Part shown: positions 34,770 to 45,955 of the stretch, in pieces
How the letters are laid out: each line of letters opens with the position of its first letter
Numbering within the stretch: position 1 is the stretch's first letter
The notes under the pieces: model-generated
What the model saw: only the letters and a program-made list of their open reading frames with translations
The model's database searches: none
What the model was told of the DNA's origin: nothing
Translations under genes and position numbers: made by a program
Assembly: GCA_036005325.1 (NCBI GenBank)
Contig: DASYQR010000083.1
Span: forward strand, 1 to 53,929
DNA from: Nitrospirales bacterium
Lineage (GTDB): Bacteria > Nitrospirota > Nitrospiria > Nitrospirales > NS-4
Length of the DNA: 53,929 nt
Reading direction: 5' to 3'

Positions 34770-36104
34770 ATGAGCCGTCACGTTGATGCAAGCGACAATC
34801 TCCGCGCGCTGATGCGCGACCACCTCCCCCCCAAGATTTTCAATCGCTTGGAGGAGATCGGCGGACTGGCCGAGCAAGCAGGGGTCGCGGCCTTCGTGGT
34901 CGGGGGCCTCGTCCGAGATCTCCTGCTGGGACATAAAAACTTGGACGTGGACATTACGGTGGAGGGCGATGGCATGGCCTTCGCCTGCTTGTTGGCCGAT
35001 CACTATAAAGGCGGGCTGAAAATCTTTGAACGGTTCGCCACAGCCTATGTCGTCTTTCCCAATCGTATAAAATTCGACATCGCGAACACCCGCGCCGAGC
35101 AGCCGGCCCATCCCCGCCCCGACGCGGCCGGCGGATGGGACATAGCGGCCGGGCCCTATTGTCCCATCGAGCAGGATCTGATGCGGCGGGACTTCACTAT
35201 CAACGCCCTTGCCATCCATCTGAACGCCAGACGATTCGGACGATTACTGGATCCCTCCGGAGGATTGCGAGACCTCCGAATGCGCACCATCCGTGCGGTC
35301 TACGCCTCCAGCTTCGCGGACGACCCCACCCGCGTGTTCAGGGCCGTCCGCTTCGAGCGGCGATTCGGATTCAGGATCGAAACGAAAACGCTTCGGCTGC
35401 TTAAGGATACCGTAGCAGCAGGGCTGGTTCACAACCTCCCAGGCCATCGCGTGAAGAATGAGTTGCTGTTGTTGTTGGCCGAACCGGATCCGCTTCGTAC
35501 GATCCGGCGCATGGCTTCATTCAACCTTCTCCAGCCCATTCACTCAGGTTTGACACTCACGCCTCGAACTGAGACTCTATTAAAAAGCCTGGCGAAGGCC
35601 CTGACTTGGTGGGAGCGACAATTTCCGAACCGCACGCTTGATCGCCCCCTCATCTATTTCATGGCCCTCATAGAGAAATTCAGCGGTCCCACTGCAAACG
35701 CCTTTATGACGCGATTGGTGCTGCCGGCCGGACAAGTCGAGAAGGTCCGCACGGTCAAACTCCGTCTGGGGCCAGTTCTTCGCCGCGCAAGCAAGAGCCG
35801 GCCGCTGAAACCATCTGAGACGTATCGACTTCTGATCGGCCTGCCGGATGAAGGCTTGACCCTGCTCGTCGCCCACATCCCATCCCGTGAAGTAAAACAA
35901 GTGGTGTCTGCGTATCTGACCACGTACCAGCCCACCAAGCTCACCCTCAGCGGCAAGAATTTAGCCGCGATGGGCTTGCAATCCGGACCGGTTTACAAGA
36001 CAGTCCTGGACAAATTGCTGAACGCGAAGCTGGACGGTCAGATCACGACCGAGCGGGAGGAACGCGACATGGCCCAACAACTCGTCAAAAAGATGGCCGG
36101 CTGA
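34770..36104 (+). CDS. Class II nucleotidyltransferase (tRNA CCA-/CC-adding or poly(A) polymerase family), short paralog
   Basis: 444 aa with motif A VVGGLVRDLLLGHKNLDVDI, motif B RRDFTINAL and motif D DDPTRVFRAVRFERRFGF. Colinear with the C-terminal half of the next gene. Confidence 0.8.
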   Translation: MSRHVDASDNLRALMRDHLPPKIFNRLEEIGGLAEQAGVAAFVVGGLVRDLLLGHKNLDVDITVEGDGMAFACLLADHYKGGLKIFERFATAYVVFPNRIKFDIANTRAEQPAHPRPDAAGGWDIAAGPYCPIEQDLMRRDFTINALAIHLNARRFGRLLDPSGGLRDLRMRTIRAVYASSFADDPTRVFRAVRFERRFGFRIETKTLRLLKDTVAAGLVHNLPGHRVKNELLLLLAEPDPLRTIRRMASFNLLQPIHSGLTLTPRTETLLKSLAKALTWWERQFPNRTLDRPLIYFMALIEKFSGPTANAFMTRLVLPAGQVEKVRTVKLRLGPVLRRASKSRPLKPSETYRLLIGLPDEGLTLLVAHIPSREVKQVVSAYLTTYQPTKLTLSGKNLAAMGLQSGPVYKTVLDKLLNAKLDGQITTEREERDMAQQLVKKMAG

Positions 36105-36111
36105 CCGCACA

Positions 36112-38757
36112 ATGGAAGTCATCGCGACTCACCTCAACGCGGACTTCGACGGGCTCGCCTCCATGGTCGCCGCGAAAAAGCTCTACCCGGAGGCCGCGTT
36201 GGTCCTTCCGGGAGGCGCCCAAGAAACGGTCCGCGACTTCTTAGCCGTCCATGATCTCGGCCTCACGCGCCTGAAAGAGATCGACCTCGAGCAGGTCACA
36301 CGCGTCATTCTCGTGGACACGCAGGAGCCTGAGCGAACTGGACCACTAAAAGGTCTTTTCGCCAAGCCCGCCGTGCAGGTCCACATCTACGATCACCATC
36401 CGGAAGCGGATCAGCACACCGTGGACGCCGCACCTGTGCGCGCCGATCTTCGCATCGTCGAGCCCGTCGGCGCGACTACGACGATCATGATCGAGCAATT
36501 GAAGGCGCATCATGTCTCGCTCACGCCGTTCGAGGCCACCGTCCTGGCATTGGGTCTCTACGAAGAGACCGGCTCGCTGGCCTATACCTCGACGACGCCT
36601 CGTGATCTGTATGCCGCCGCCGACGTGTTGCGCTACGGCGCGGACCTCACCATGGTTTCCGATGTCCTCCGCAGCCATCTGGACCCGGACCAGATCGCGC
36701 TCTTGAACGATCTTCTCCATTCCAGCGAAACCTATTACCTGGAAGGCCGCAAGATCCTGCTGGCGACGAGCACGTACGACCGCTATCGAGGAGATCTCGC
36801 CGAAGTCGTGCACAAGCTGGCCGACATGGAAGGGCTCGACGCGGTCGTCTCAGCCATCGCGATGAAGGACAAGATCGAGATCATCGGTCGCAGCCGGCGC
36901 CCCGAGATCGACGTGGGACAGGTCGCCCGGGAGTTCGGCGGCGGCGGCCATGCCGTCGCGGCGTCCGCCAGCGTCAAGGGACAGACCCTGGTCGAGGTCA
37001 AGGAACGGCTCGCGCAACTGCTGACCGAGCGCTACCGCCCGACCCTGCTGGCGAAGGACGTAATGACCACGCCGGTCAAGGCCATCAGCGCGGATGCCAC
37101 GGTGACTGACGCCGAAAGCAGCATGACCAAGTATGGAGTCAATGTCCTGCCGGTACTGGACAGCAGGGAGCGCTACCTGGGCCTGGTCACGCGGGAGATC
37201 ATCCAGAAAGCACTCTTTCACCAGTTCCACAAAACTCCGGTCCTCAACCTGATCCAAGCCGACGCCTACACCGCGACCTCGGAGATGCCCTTTCGCGAAA
37301 TCGAGAACCGGATGATCGAGCTGAACCAACGGTTCGTGCCGATCCTGGCAGGACCCAAAGTCATCGGCGTTATCACCCGGACCGACCTTCTCCGCACGCT
37401 TCACGACGATGTCCTCTTAGCGGCCAGAGCCAGGGCCAGAGGCCAGTCGCCTCCTTCGGAGCAGTCCCCCTTTAGACGCAATATCAAAGGCCTGTTGAGA
37501 GAGCGTCTGCCGGACCGCATCTTCGCCGTGCTGGAACGTGCCGGCGAGCTGGCCGAGCGTACAGACGTATCGGCCTTCGTGGTCGGAGGCTTCGTGCGCG
37601 ACCTGTTGCTGGGCAGGCCGAACCTGGATCTGGACCTCGTCATCGAAGGAGACGGCATCACCTATGCGCGGGAGCTGGGGGCGAAGGTGAAGGCCACGGT
37701 GAAGACGCACGAACGCTTCGGCACCGCCGTCCTCATCTTCCCGGACGGCTTCAAGCTCGATGTCGCCACCGCCCGCACGGAATATTACGAGTATCCGACC
37801 GCGCTTCCCACGGTGGAACGCAGCTCGATCAAGAAGGACCTCTATCGCCGGGACTTCACAATCAACACGCTGGCCATCCGCCTGAACGCCGGCCGCTTCG
37901 GAGACCTGATCGATTTTTACGGCGGCCAGCACGACCTCAAGGAGAAGACGCTCCGCGTGCTGCACAGCCTGAGCTTCGTCGAAGACCCGACCCGCGTGTT
38001 CCGGGCGATCCGCTTCGAGCAGCGCTTCGGGTTCCGGCTGGGCAAAGAGACGCTGACGCTGATCAGGGGCGCGGCGAAAATGGATCTGTTCCATCGCCTC
38101 TCCGGCTCGCGCCTCTTGGAAGAACTCATTCTGCTGTTCTCCGAGGAGGAGTCGCGCAAGGCCATCGCGCGCCTGGCGGAACTGGATCTGCTCCGCTTCA
38201 TCCACCCAAACCTCAAGTGGTCGCCTCGCCTGGAGGCTCTGCTGAAGGCTGTGGAAGGCGCGCTGGACTGGTACAAGCTGCTCTACCTGGATCACAAAAT
38301 GGATGCATGGGTAGTCCATTTCATGGCGCTGATGGAAGTGGTGCCGGACAAGGCCGTGCGTGAGGTCTTGAAGCGCCTGCCAGTTCCGGAGCGACAGGCT
38401 GAGAAAATCCGCACGGGCCGGTTCGCCTCGCAAGCGATGCTACGCCGATTGGCGAAACGGCCGTCTTTAAAACCGGCCGAGACGTACCGGACGCTCCTCG
38501 GGCTGTCCGACGAGGTCCTGCTGTTCCTCATGGCCAAAACGAAATTAGAATCGGTCAAGCGCCAGATCTCGGCCTGCCTGACCACCTATCAGCATATGAA
38601 GGCGTCGCTAACGGGGAGTGATCTCAAGGCCATGGGGCTGCAACCGGGACCGCTCTACAAAAAAATCCTGGACCGCCTGCTCGATGCCCGCCTGAACGGC
38701 GAGGTCAAAACCGAGGCCGACGAGCGGGCCCTGGCGAAAAAGATCGCCAAACTCTAG
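36112..38757 (+). CDS. DHH-DHHA1 phosphoesterase + tandem CBS + class II tRNA nucleotidyltransferase fusion (long CCA-/A-adding-type enzyme)
   Basis: 881 aa. DHH motifs HLNADFDGLAS, ILVDT and IYDHHP, plus DHHA1 GGGGH. A CBS pair lies at about aa 315-435. Then GGFVRDLLLGRPNLDLDL, RRDFTINTL and EDPTRVFRAIRFEQRFGF. Confidence 0.85.
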   Translation: MEVIATHLNADFDGLASMVAAKKLYPEAALVLPGGAQETVRDFLAVHDLGLTRLKEIDLEQVTRVILVDTQEPERTGPLKGLFAKPAVQVHIYDHHPEADQHTVDAAPVRADLRIVEPVGATTTIMIEQLKAHHVSLTPFEATVLALGLYEETGSLAYTSTTPRDLYAAADVLRYGADLTMVSDVLRSHLDPDQIALLNDLLHSSETYYLEGRKILLATSTYDRYRGDLAEVVHKLADMEGLDAVVSAIAMKDKIEIIGRSRRPEIDVGQVAREFGGGGHAVAASASVKGQTLVEVKERLAQLLTERYRPTLLAKDVMTTPVKAISADATVTDAESSMTKYGVNVLPVLDSRERYLGLVTREIIQKALFHQFHKTPVLNLIQADAYTATSEMPFREIENRMIELNQRFVPILAGPKVIGVITRTDLLRTLHDDVLLAARARARGQSPPSEQSPFRRNIKGLLRERLPDRIFAVLERAGELAERTDVSAFVVGGFVRDLLLGRPNLDLDLVIEGDGITYARELGAKVKATVKTHERFGTAVLIFPDGFKLDVATARTEYYEYPTALPTVERSSIKKDLYRRDFTINTLAIRLNAGRFGDLIDFYGGQHDLKEKTLRVLHSLSFVEDPTRVFRAIRFEQRFGFRLGKETLTLIRGAAKMDLFHRLSGSRLLEELILLFSEEESRKAIARLAELDLLRFIHPNLKWSPRLEALLKAVEGALDWYKLLYLDHKMDAWVVHFMALMEVVPDKAVREVLKRLPVPERQAEKIRTGRFASQAMLRRLAKRPSLKPAETYRTLLGLSDEVLLFLMAKTKLESVKRQISACLTTYQHMKASLTGSDLKAMGLQPGPLYKKILDRLLDARLNGEVKTEADERALAKKIAKL

Positions 38758-38771
38758 AAAGGCAACGCCAC

Positions 38772-39071
38772 ATGGCTCTTCCCTGGACAATCATCGGCGC
38801 CCTCTTTAAGTTCCTCGCGCCGAACATTCCCGACATCGTCGCCACCGTCAAGACTCTGAAGAGGGAACAGCAGCGGGAAAAAATCGAATTGGACGATACC
38901 GCCGTTCGCATGATTGCACTGGAGAAGCGCATCGCCGCGCAGTTGCAGCTCATCGAGCAGTTGACAGCTCAGCTCGCGAAGCTGGAGAAAGCGTTCATGT
39001 GGACACTGTGGATGGCGACCTTCGCCGCGTTGCTGGCCCTGATCGCGCTGGGGATCGTGTTTTTCAGCTGA
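38772..39071 (+). CDS. Hypothetical small protein (coiled coil + C-terminal TM helix)
   Basis: 99-aa ORF with a predicted amphipathic/coiled segment (LEKRIAAQLQLIEQLTAQLAKLEKA) and a hydrophobic tail (WMATFAALLALIALGIVFF). No family recognised and the SD is weak. Confidence 0.4.
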   Translation: MALPWTIIGALFKFLAPNIPDIVATVKTLKREQQREKIELDDTAVRMIALEKRIAAQLQLIEQLTAQLAKLEKAFMWTLWMATFAALLALIALGIVFFS

Positions 39072-39074
39072 CCG

Positions 39075-40631
39075 TTACGCGCTTGTGCCCATGCGGGTCT
39101 CGTCGACGAAGTTCTCAGTAGGGTCGTCGAGGGCACGGTCCTGACGGCCGTTGCCCTTGTGGATATACAGGATCTGGGGCTTCACCGTCTCCTGCGGCGG
39201 GGGCGGCAGCTTCATCTCATATTTGACAGGCTGATGGTGGTCGGCAAGCTGCAGCTTCGGGTTATAGACGCTGCTGAACTTCCAGAGCATCTTCACAAAG
39301 TTGGTCTGCCCCCGTAGGAGATGTCTCGCCGCGATCGTCGCCGATGATTTAAGCGCCGCCCATCCGAGGTGCTTCATATTCAATACTTGTTGTGTCTTGA
39401 CCAGTTCTGCATAGAACTCAGGGAGCGGCAGGTTGGTCGGCAGGACCGCATGCTGGATATCGTACAGCCGGTAATCACGGGTCTGGACCTTGCGTGATTC
39501 GGTGTGCCATGTCTCGGTGCCGGGATACGGCGTGTTGACGCTGATATTGACGACCTCCGGAATCTCCATGCACCACTCGCGCACGACCTCGAAGCGCTTC
39601 TTATCCCAGCCGGGATCGGCGATCAGGTTGATGGCGACGGTAACCCCCAACGAGCGGGCGTACTCGAGGGCCTCGAAGTTCCTGCCGAGACTGATGCGTT
39701 TTCGATGCTGCTTGAGGCCCTCCTCGTCGATGGCTTCCACGCCGATGAACATGTACTCCATGCCAAGCTTCTTCCAGAACTGGAAGACGTCCTTGTTGCG
39801 CAGAAGCACGTCGCCGCGCGTTTCCAGATAGTATTTTTTCTTGATTCCTCTCTTCGCAATGGCCTCGCCGATCTCCATACCGTGCTTCGCCTGGATGAAG
39901 GCGACATCGTCCACAATGAAGATGCCCGGTTCTTGGATCCGCTCCAGATCCTCGACGACCACCTCAGGACTGACTGCGCGGTAGCTACGGCCATAGAACG
40001 TCCAAGCGCTGCAGAAGGAACAGTCCCACGGGCAGCCCCGGGTGAACTCAATGGAGGCGCAGGGATCCAGCACGCCGATGAAGTACTTACGCCGATGGCG
40101 GAGCAGGTCCCGGGCAGGACGCAGGTCATCTAGGCTCTTCACAAAGACGGGCGACGGCCCTTCGCCCTCCAGTGTGACGACTCCCGGCACCTTCCCAACC
40201 GCTTTCCGGTCATGCTCGACCGCCGAGAGAAGTTGCGGGATGGCGGCCTCCCCTTCCCCTTTGAGGATACAATCGATGGCGCCCTCGGCATGCTCCAGAA
40301 ATTCCTGCGCGACGAAGGAGGCGCTGTGCCCGCCGACTACCACGAAACCATCAGGGACCTTTGCTTTGGTCCGCTTGGCAAGATCGACGATCTCCGGCAC
40401 GTTCGCCAGATAATTGCAGGAGAATGCCACGACATTGGGCTTCCACCGGTCAATGAACTTGAAGTAGTCCGCATGGGTCTCCGCCTGTAAATCGATCAGC
40501 TGCACTTCATGACCGGTGCGGCGGACCGCCTCGGCCACCAGTTCAAGCCCCAGCGGCTCCAGTCGGAGATAAATTTTCGTATACATAAGAGGGCTAGGAT
40601 GGACGGCGAGCACTTTCATCGTATAGCGCAA
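39075..40631 (-). CDS. Class B (cobalamin-binding domain) radical SAM enzyme, substrate unknown
   Basis: 518 aa with an N-terminal B12-binding-like Rossmann domain (VVAFSCNYL..., VVGGHSAS) and the radical SAM motif TRGCPWDCSFCS. The start may be the MKVLAV Met at 40619. Confidence 0.85.
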   Translation of the reverse strand: MRYTMKVLAVHPSPLMYTKIYLRLEPLGLELVAEAVRRTGHEVQLIDLQAETHADYFKFIDRWKPNVVAFSCNYLANVPEIVDLAKRTKAKVPDGFVVVGGHSASFVAQEFLEHAEGAIDCILKGEGEAAIPQLLSAVEHDRKAVGKVPGVVTLEGEGPSPVFVKSLDDLRPARDLLRHRRKYFIGVLDPCASIEFTRGCPWDCSFCSAWTFYGRSYRAVSPEVVVEDLERIQEPGIFIVDDVAFIQAKHGMEIGEAIAKRGIKKKYYLETRGDVLLRNKDVFQFWKKLGMEYMFIGVEAIDEEGLKQHRKRISLGRNFEALEYARSLGVTVAINLIADPGWDKKRFEVVREWCMEIPEVVNISVNTPYPGTETWHTESRKVQTRDYRLYDIQHAVLPTNLPLPEFYAELVKTQQVLNMKHLGWAALKSSATIAARHLLRGQTNFVKMLWKFSSVYNPKLQLADHHQPVKYEMKLPPPPQETVKPQILYIHKGNGRQDRALDDPTENFVDETRMGTSA

Positions 40632-40745
40632 ACTCTCTCGCGATACATTCTTACATGGTGCTGTATAATCCCCCCTTCATGTCAATCCAAAAGGCAATAA
40701 TGTCCGTTAACGTATAGTTCGGTCTTAGGTCGCCTTAGCATGAAA

Positions 40746-41249
40746 TTAGGCCGACACGAACTTCAGCGCGGCGGAATTGATGCAGTACCGCAAACCGGTT
40801 GGCGGCGGCCCATCATCGAACACATGGCCTTGATGGCCGCCGCAGCGCGCGCAATGCACTTCCGTCCTCGGATGGAGCATCTTCCAGTCGGATCTCGTGC
40901 CTATAGCTTTCGCGCTGATCGGCTCCCAGAAACTCGGCCAACCGGTCCGGCTGTCAAATTTGGCCTTGGAGGAGAATAGCGGCAGATCGCACCCGGCGCA
41001 ATGGTAGGTACCGGGAGCTTTGTTGTCGTGGTACGTGTTTTGAAACGGGCGTTCCGTCCCTTCTTGGCGCAGGACCCGATATTGCTCCGGTGTTAAAATC
41101 GCCCGCCACTCGGCGTCCGTTTTCGTAATTTTTTCAATCTCAACCATTTTGGCGGCCTCCTTCGCCTGCACCGGCATTATACCAAGAGCCCGGGCAAGCA
41201 TGCCCAGTCCCAGCACCCCGCCGGCTTTCAATACGGTTCTCCGAATCAT
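40746..41249 (-). CDS. msrB: Peptide-methionine (R)-S-oxide reductase MsrB with Tat-type signal peptide
   Basis: 167 aa with the twin-arginine leader [11 protein letters not shown]..., Zn motifs CAGC and CARC, and the catalytic RYCINS. A good SD (AAGGAGGG) is present. Confidence 0.9.
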   Translation of the reverse strand: MIRRTVLKAGGVLGLGMLARALGIMPVQAKEAAKMVEIEKITKTDAEWRAILTPEQYRVLRQEGTERPFQNTYHDNKAPGTYHCAGCDLPLFSSKAKFDSRTGWPSFWEPISAKAIGTRSDWKMLHPRTEVHCARCGGHQGHVFDDGPPPTGLRYCINSAALKFVSA

Positions 41250-41370
41250 CGGTCTGCCCTCCTTTCATCCCCTCTACGGTCGGGTGCCGCGAGCAGATTC
41301 ATGATGGCCGATCCACTTTATCCAAATGAATGGGCGGCGCGCCGCGCGGGAGGAGGAAAACAGTCGGCAA

Positions 41371-41982
41371 TCACTGACTGGGATAGTGTTTGTTCAAGCA
41401 TTCCGGACAGATACCATGGCTGAAGTCGGCATTGGAATGGTCCCGTATGTAGCCCTCCACGGGATGCCACTTGCCTTGCTCATCACGGATCTTTTTGCAA
41501 TGTGAACAGATGGGCAAGAGGCCTCGCAGCACCTTGATTTCCCCGAGCGCTTGTTCCAATTCCGTTTCGCGAGCCTTGCGACGTTCGATCTCGCGTTTCA
41601 GCCTCAGCGCCGAGCGCATTCGCGTCAGGAGTTCCAAACGATTGACGGGCTTGGTGATGTAGTCATGGGCCCCGGCCGCAAACGCCGCATCCAGGAATCC
41701 GGCTTCGGTCTTGGCCGTCACCATGATGACGGGCAGATCCCGAAAACGGTCGGCCGTCTTGATCTGACGGCAGGCTTCAACACCGTCCATCTCGGGCATT
41801 ACCACATCCATGAAGACCAGCTCGACATCCACGGCCTCCTGACTGCGGTCACCCATGCCGAGATGCTGGAACGCTTCCTGAGCCGATCCCGCCAGCAGGA
41901 TCTGCTCATACCCGGCAGATTCCAGAATCACCTGCAGCATCTTCAGGGTTTCCAACGTATCATCAACAATGAGGATGCTCAT
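41371..41982 (-). CDS. Response regulator: REC domain + coiled linker + C-terminal 4-Cys (CxxC...CxxC) domain
   Basis: 203 aa with REC motifs ILIVDD, FMDVVMPEMDG and VTAK. The C-terminus reads LLPICSHCKKIRDEQGKWHPVEGYIRDHSNADFSHGICPECLNKHY. Confidence 0.85.
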   Translation of the reverse strand: MSILIVDDTLETLKMLQVILESAGYEQILLAGSAQEAFQHLGMGDRSQEAVDVELVFMDVVMPEMDGVEACRQIKTADRFRDLPVIMVTAKTEAGFLDAAFAAGAHDYITKPVNRLELLTRMRSALRLKREIERRKARETELEQALGEIKVLRGLLPICSHCKKIRDEQGKWHPVEGYIRDHSNADFSHGICPECLNKHYPSQ

Positions 41983-42006
41983 GGACCAGCCCTCCGTCAG
42001 ACGAGA

Positions 42007-42948
42007 TTAGGAGGAATTTCCCTTCGATTTGCGCCAACGATCAATGAGCATGCCTTCGCGGAGACCGTAATCGCTGACGAGGCATTCGACGAAGCCGAAT
42101 CGCTCCATGGTTTCCGCCAAGATCATCGTACCGGCCAGCATGAGGTCCTCGCGGCCGGCCTCCAACCCCACAAGCTCTTTCCGCTGGGCGTGAGTACAGG
42201 CAATCAGTTGACCGAGCATACCCCGCACGGCTTCCCACGAGAGCCGGTAGTTATGGATCCGCTGCGGAGTGTAGACGGCCATCCCCTGATCCATCGCCGC
42301 CAGCGTCGTGATCGTGCCGGCGGTGCCCACCAAGCAATAGCCGGCCGGCGATCCGAGCTTGCCTTGGACCGCCGTGAGATGCGCGCGGATGCGGCTCCGC
42401 GCCGCCGTCACTTCATCCGGACGCACAGGATCACTCCGCAGATAGCTCTCAGTCAGGCGGACGACCCCTTCATCCACCGAAACCATCGCGGGCGGCTGAT
42501 GCGGCTCCACTTTGATGAATTCGGTGCTGCCTCCCCCGATGTCGAGCGCGAGGAACCGGTCCACCTCGGACGGCAGGCCGGACTGGATGCCCAGGAGCGT
42601 GAGCCTGGCCTCCTCCTCTCCCGAAACAACGGCCACATCCAACCCCATCCGACGTTTCACCTCAGCCAGAAACTCGTCGCGGTTGACGGCATCGCGAACG
42701 GCGCTCGTGGCGACAGCCACCGTCTCGCGCGCCCCGCTTTTTTCAATCAGCGGCATCCATTCGGCGATCGTATCAAGCACTCGGGCCATCGGAGCCGGCT
42801 GCAGGCGGCGGCTGGGCTGAAGGCCTTCTCCCAGACGGACGATGCGGCGCTCCGCCGCTAGCTCATAGAGCTGGCCATCCCCCAGGATGCGGACGATCAG
42901 CAGGCGAAGTGTCAGGGTTCCGATATCAATCCCGGCAAAGATCGGCAT
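42007..42948 (-). CDS. Ppx/GppA-family phosphatase (exopolyphosphatase / pppGpp phosphohydrolase core)
   Basis: 313 aa with an ASKHA-fold N-terminus (FAGIDIGTLTLRLLI), DIGGGSTEF and the region EDLMLAGTMILAETME. Confidence 0.85.
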   Translation of the reverse strand: MPIFAGIDIGTLTLRLLIVRILGDGQLYELAAERRIVRLGEGLQPSRRLQPAPMARVLDTIAEWMPLIEKSGARETVAVATSAVRDAVNRDEFLAEVKRRMGLDVAVVSGEEEARLTLLGIQSGLPSEVDRFLALDIGGGSTEFIKVEPHQPPAMVSVDEGVVRLTESYLRSDPVRPDEVTAARSRIRAHLTAVQGKLGSPAGYCLVGTAGTITTLAAMDQGMAVYTPQRIHNYRLSWEAVRGMLGQLIACTHAQRKELVGLEAGREDLMLAGTMILAETMERFGFVECLVSDYGLREGMLIDRWRKSKGNSS

Positions 42949-42961
42949 CAGGCTCGCATCC

Positions 42962-43275
42962 TCATTGTTCCTTGATCTGATCCCGCTCGAACCGGATGCG
43001 CGTCTCCTCCTGCTTGAGCCGATCCACCTGCTCGAAGAGGCGCTGAATCTCCTTGTCGTCCAGCACTCCGCCGCCTTTGCGCTCGATCAACTGAAATGCC
43101 CGCTCGCCGGCCGTGCGCAAGTGCTCTTTGATCTGGTCCTCCACCTTGTACAGTTCGAACTTCAGCCGGAGCAACTCGACCTCCCGTAGCGACCGGTCAG
43201 TGGCATCGGCAGTCCCCTGGCGCACCTTGGCCCATCCGGTGCGGAGATCGTTTTTGAATCGGCGGAATCGAGGAT

Positions 43276-43279
<4 letters not shown>
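42962..43279 (-). CDS. Hypothetical small coiled-coil protein
   Basis: 105-aa ORF, highly charged and heptad-like (LREVELLRLKFELYKVEDQIKEHL...). Its ATG overlaps the recG stop (ATGA), which suggests translational coupling. Confidence 0.45.
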
Positions 43280-45726
<2,447 letters not shown>

Positions 45727-45885
45727 TCAGCTTCATTCTGGCCATCTCGACCCCAAAGATCAACAAGAAGCCGGCGCGCCAAAATCGGAGCCCTCGCGGC
45801 AACAAAATTTGCGGTCTCCGCTTAGCCGCCGCTGTTCCGTCTTCATAACCCCTTATTTTTAAAAGAACTCTCTCTGGCGTAAGAA

Positions 45886-45901
45886 TGGTACAACCGTTGC
45901 A
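45886..45901 (+). promoter_or_regulatory. Candidate sigma54 (-24/-12) promoter
   Basis: TGGTACAACCGTTGCA matches TGGCAC-N5-TTGCA with exact GG-N10-GC spacing. An A/T tract (CTTATTTTTAAAAGAA) lies about 25 nt upstream, and the site is 55 nt upstream of the 44-aa pilin-like ORF. Confidence 0.5.
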
Positions 45902-45955
45902 TTTCTAGCCAATATTGTCCCGAGGACAACAGTGATCGTGAAAGGAGGACATGTC

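Noticed and set aside
41551-42861. 436-aa plus-strand ORF opposite the response regulator and Ppx/GppA genes. Similar long antisense ORFs occur at 37417..38433, 48107..48838, 50931..52040 and 52472..53188.
   Set aside because: All are antisense to genes with strong family signatures and have Arg/Gly/His-rich, motif-free translations. They are stop-codon-poor frames of GC-rich DNA.
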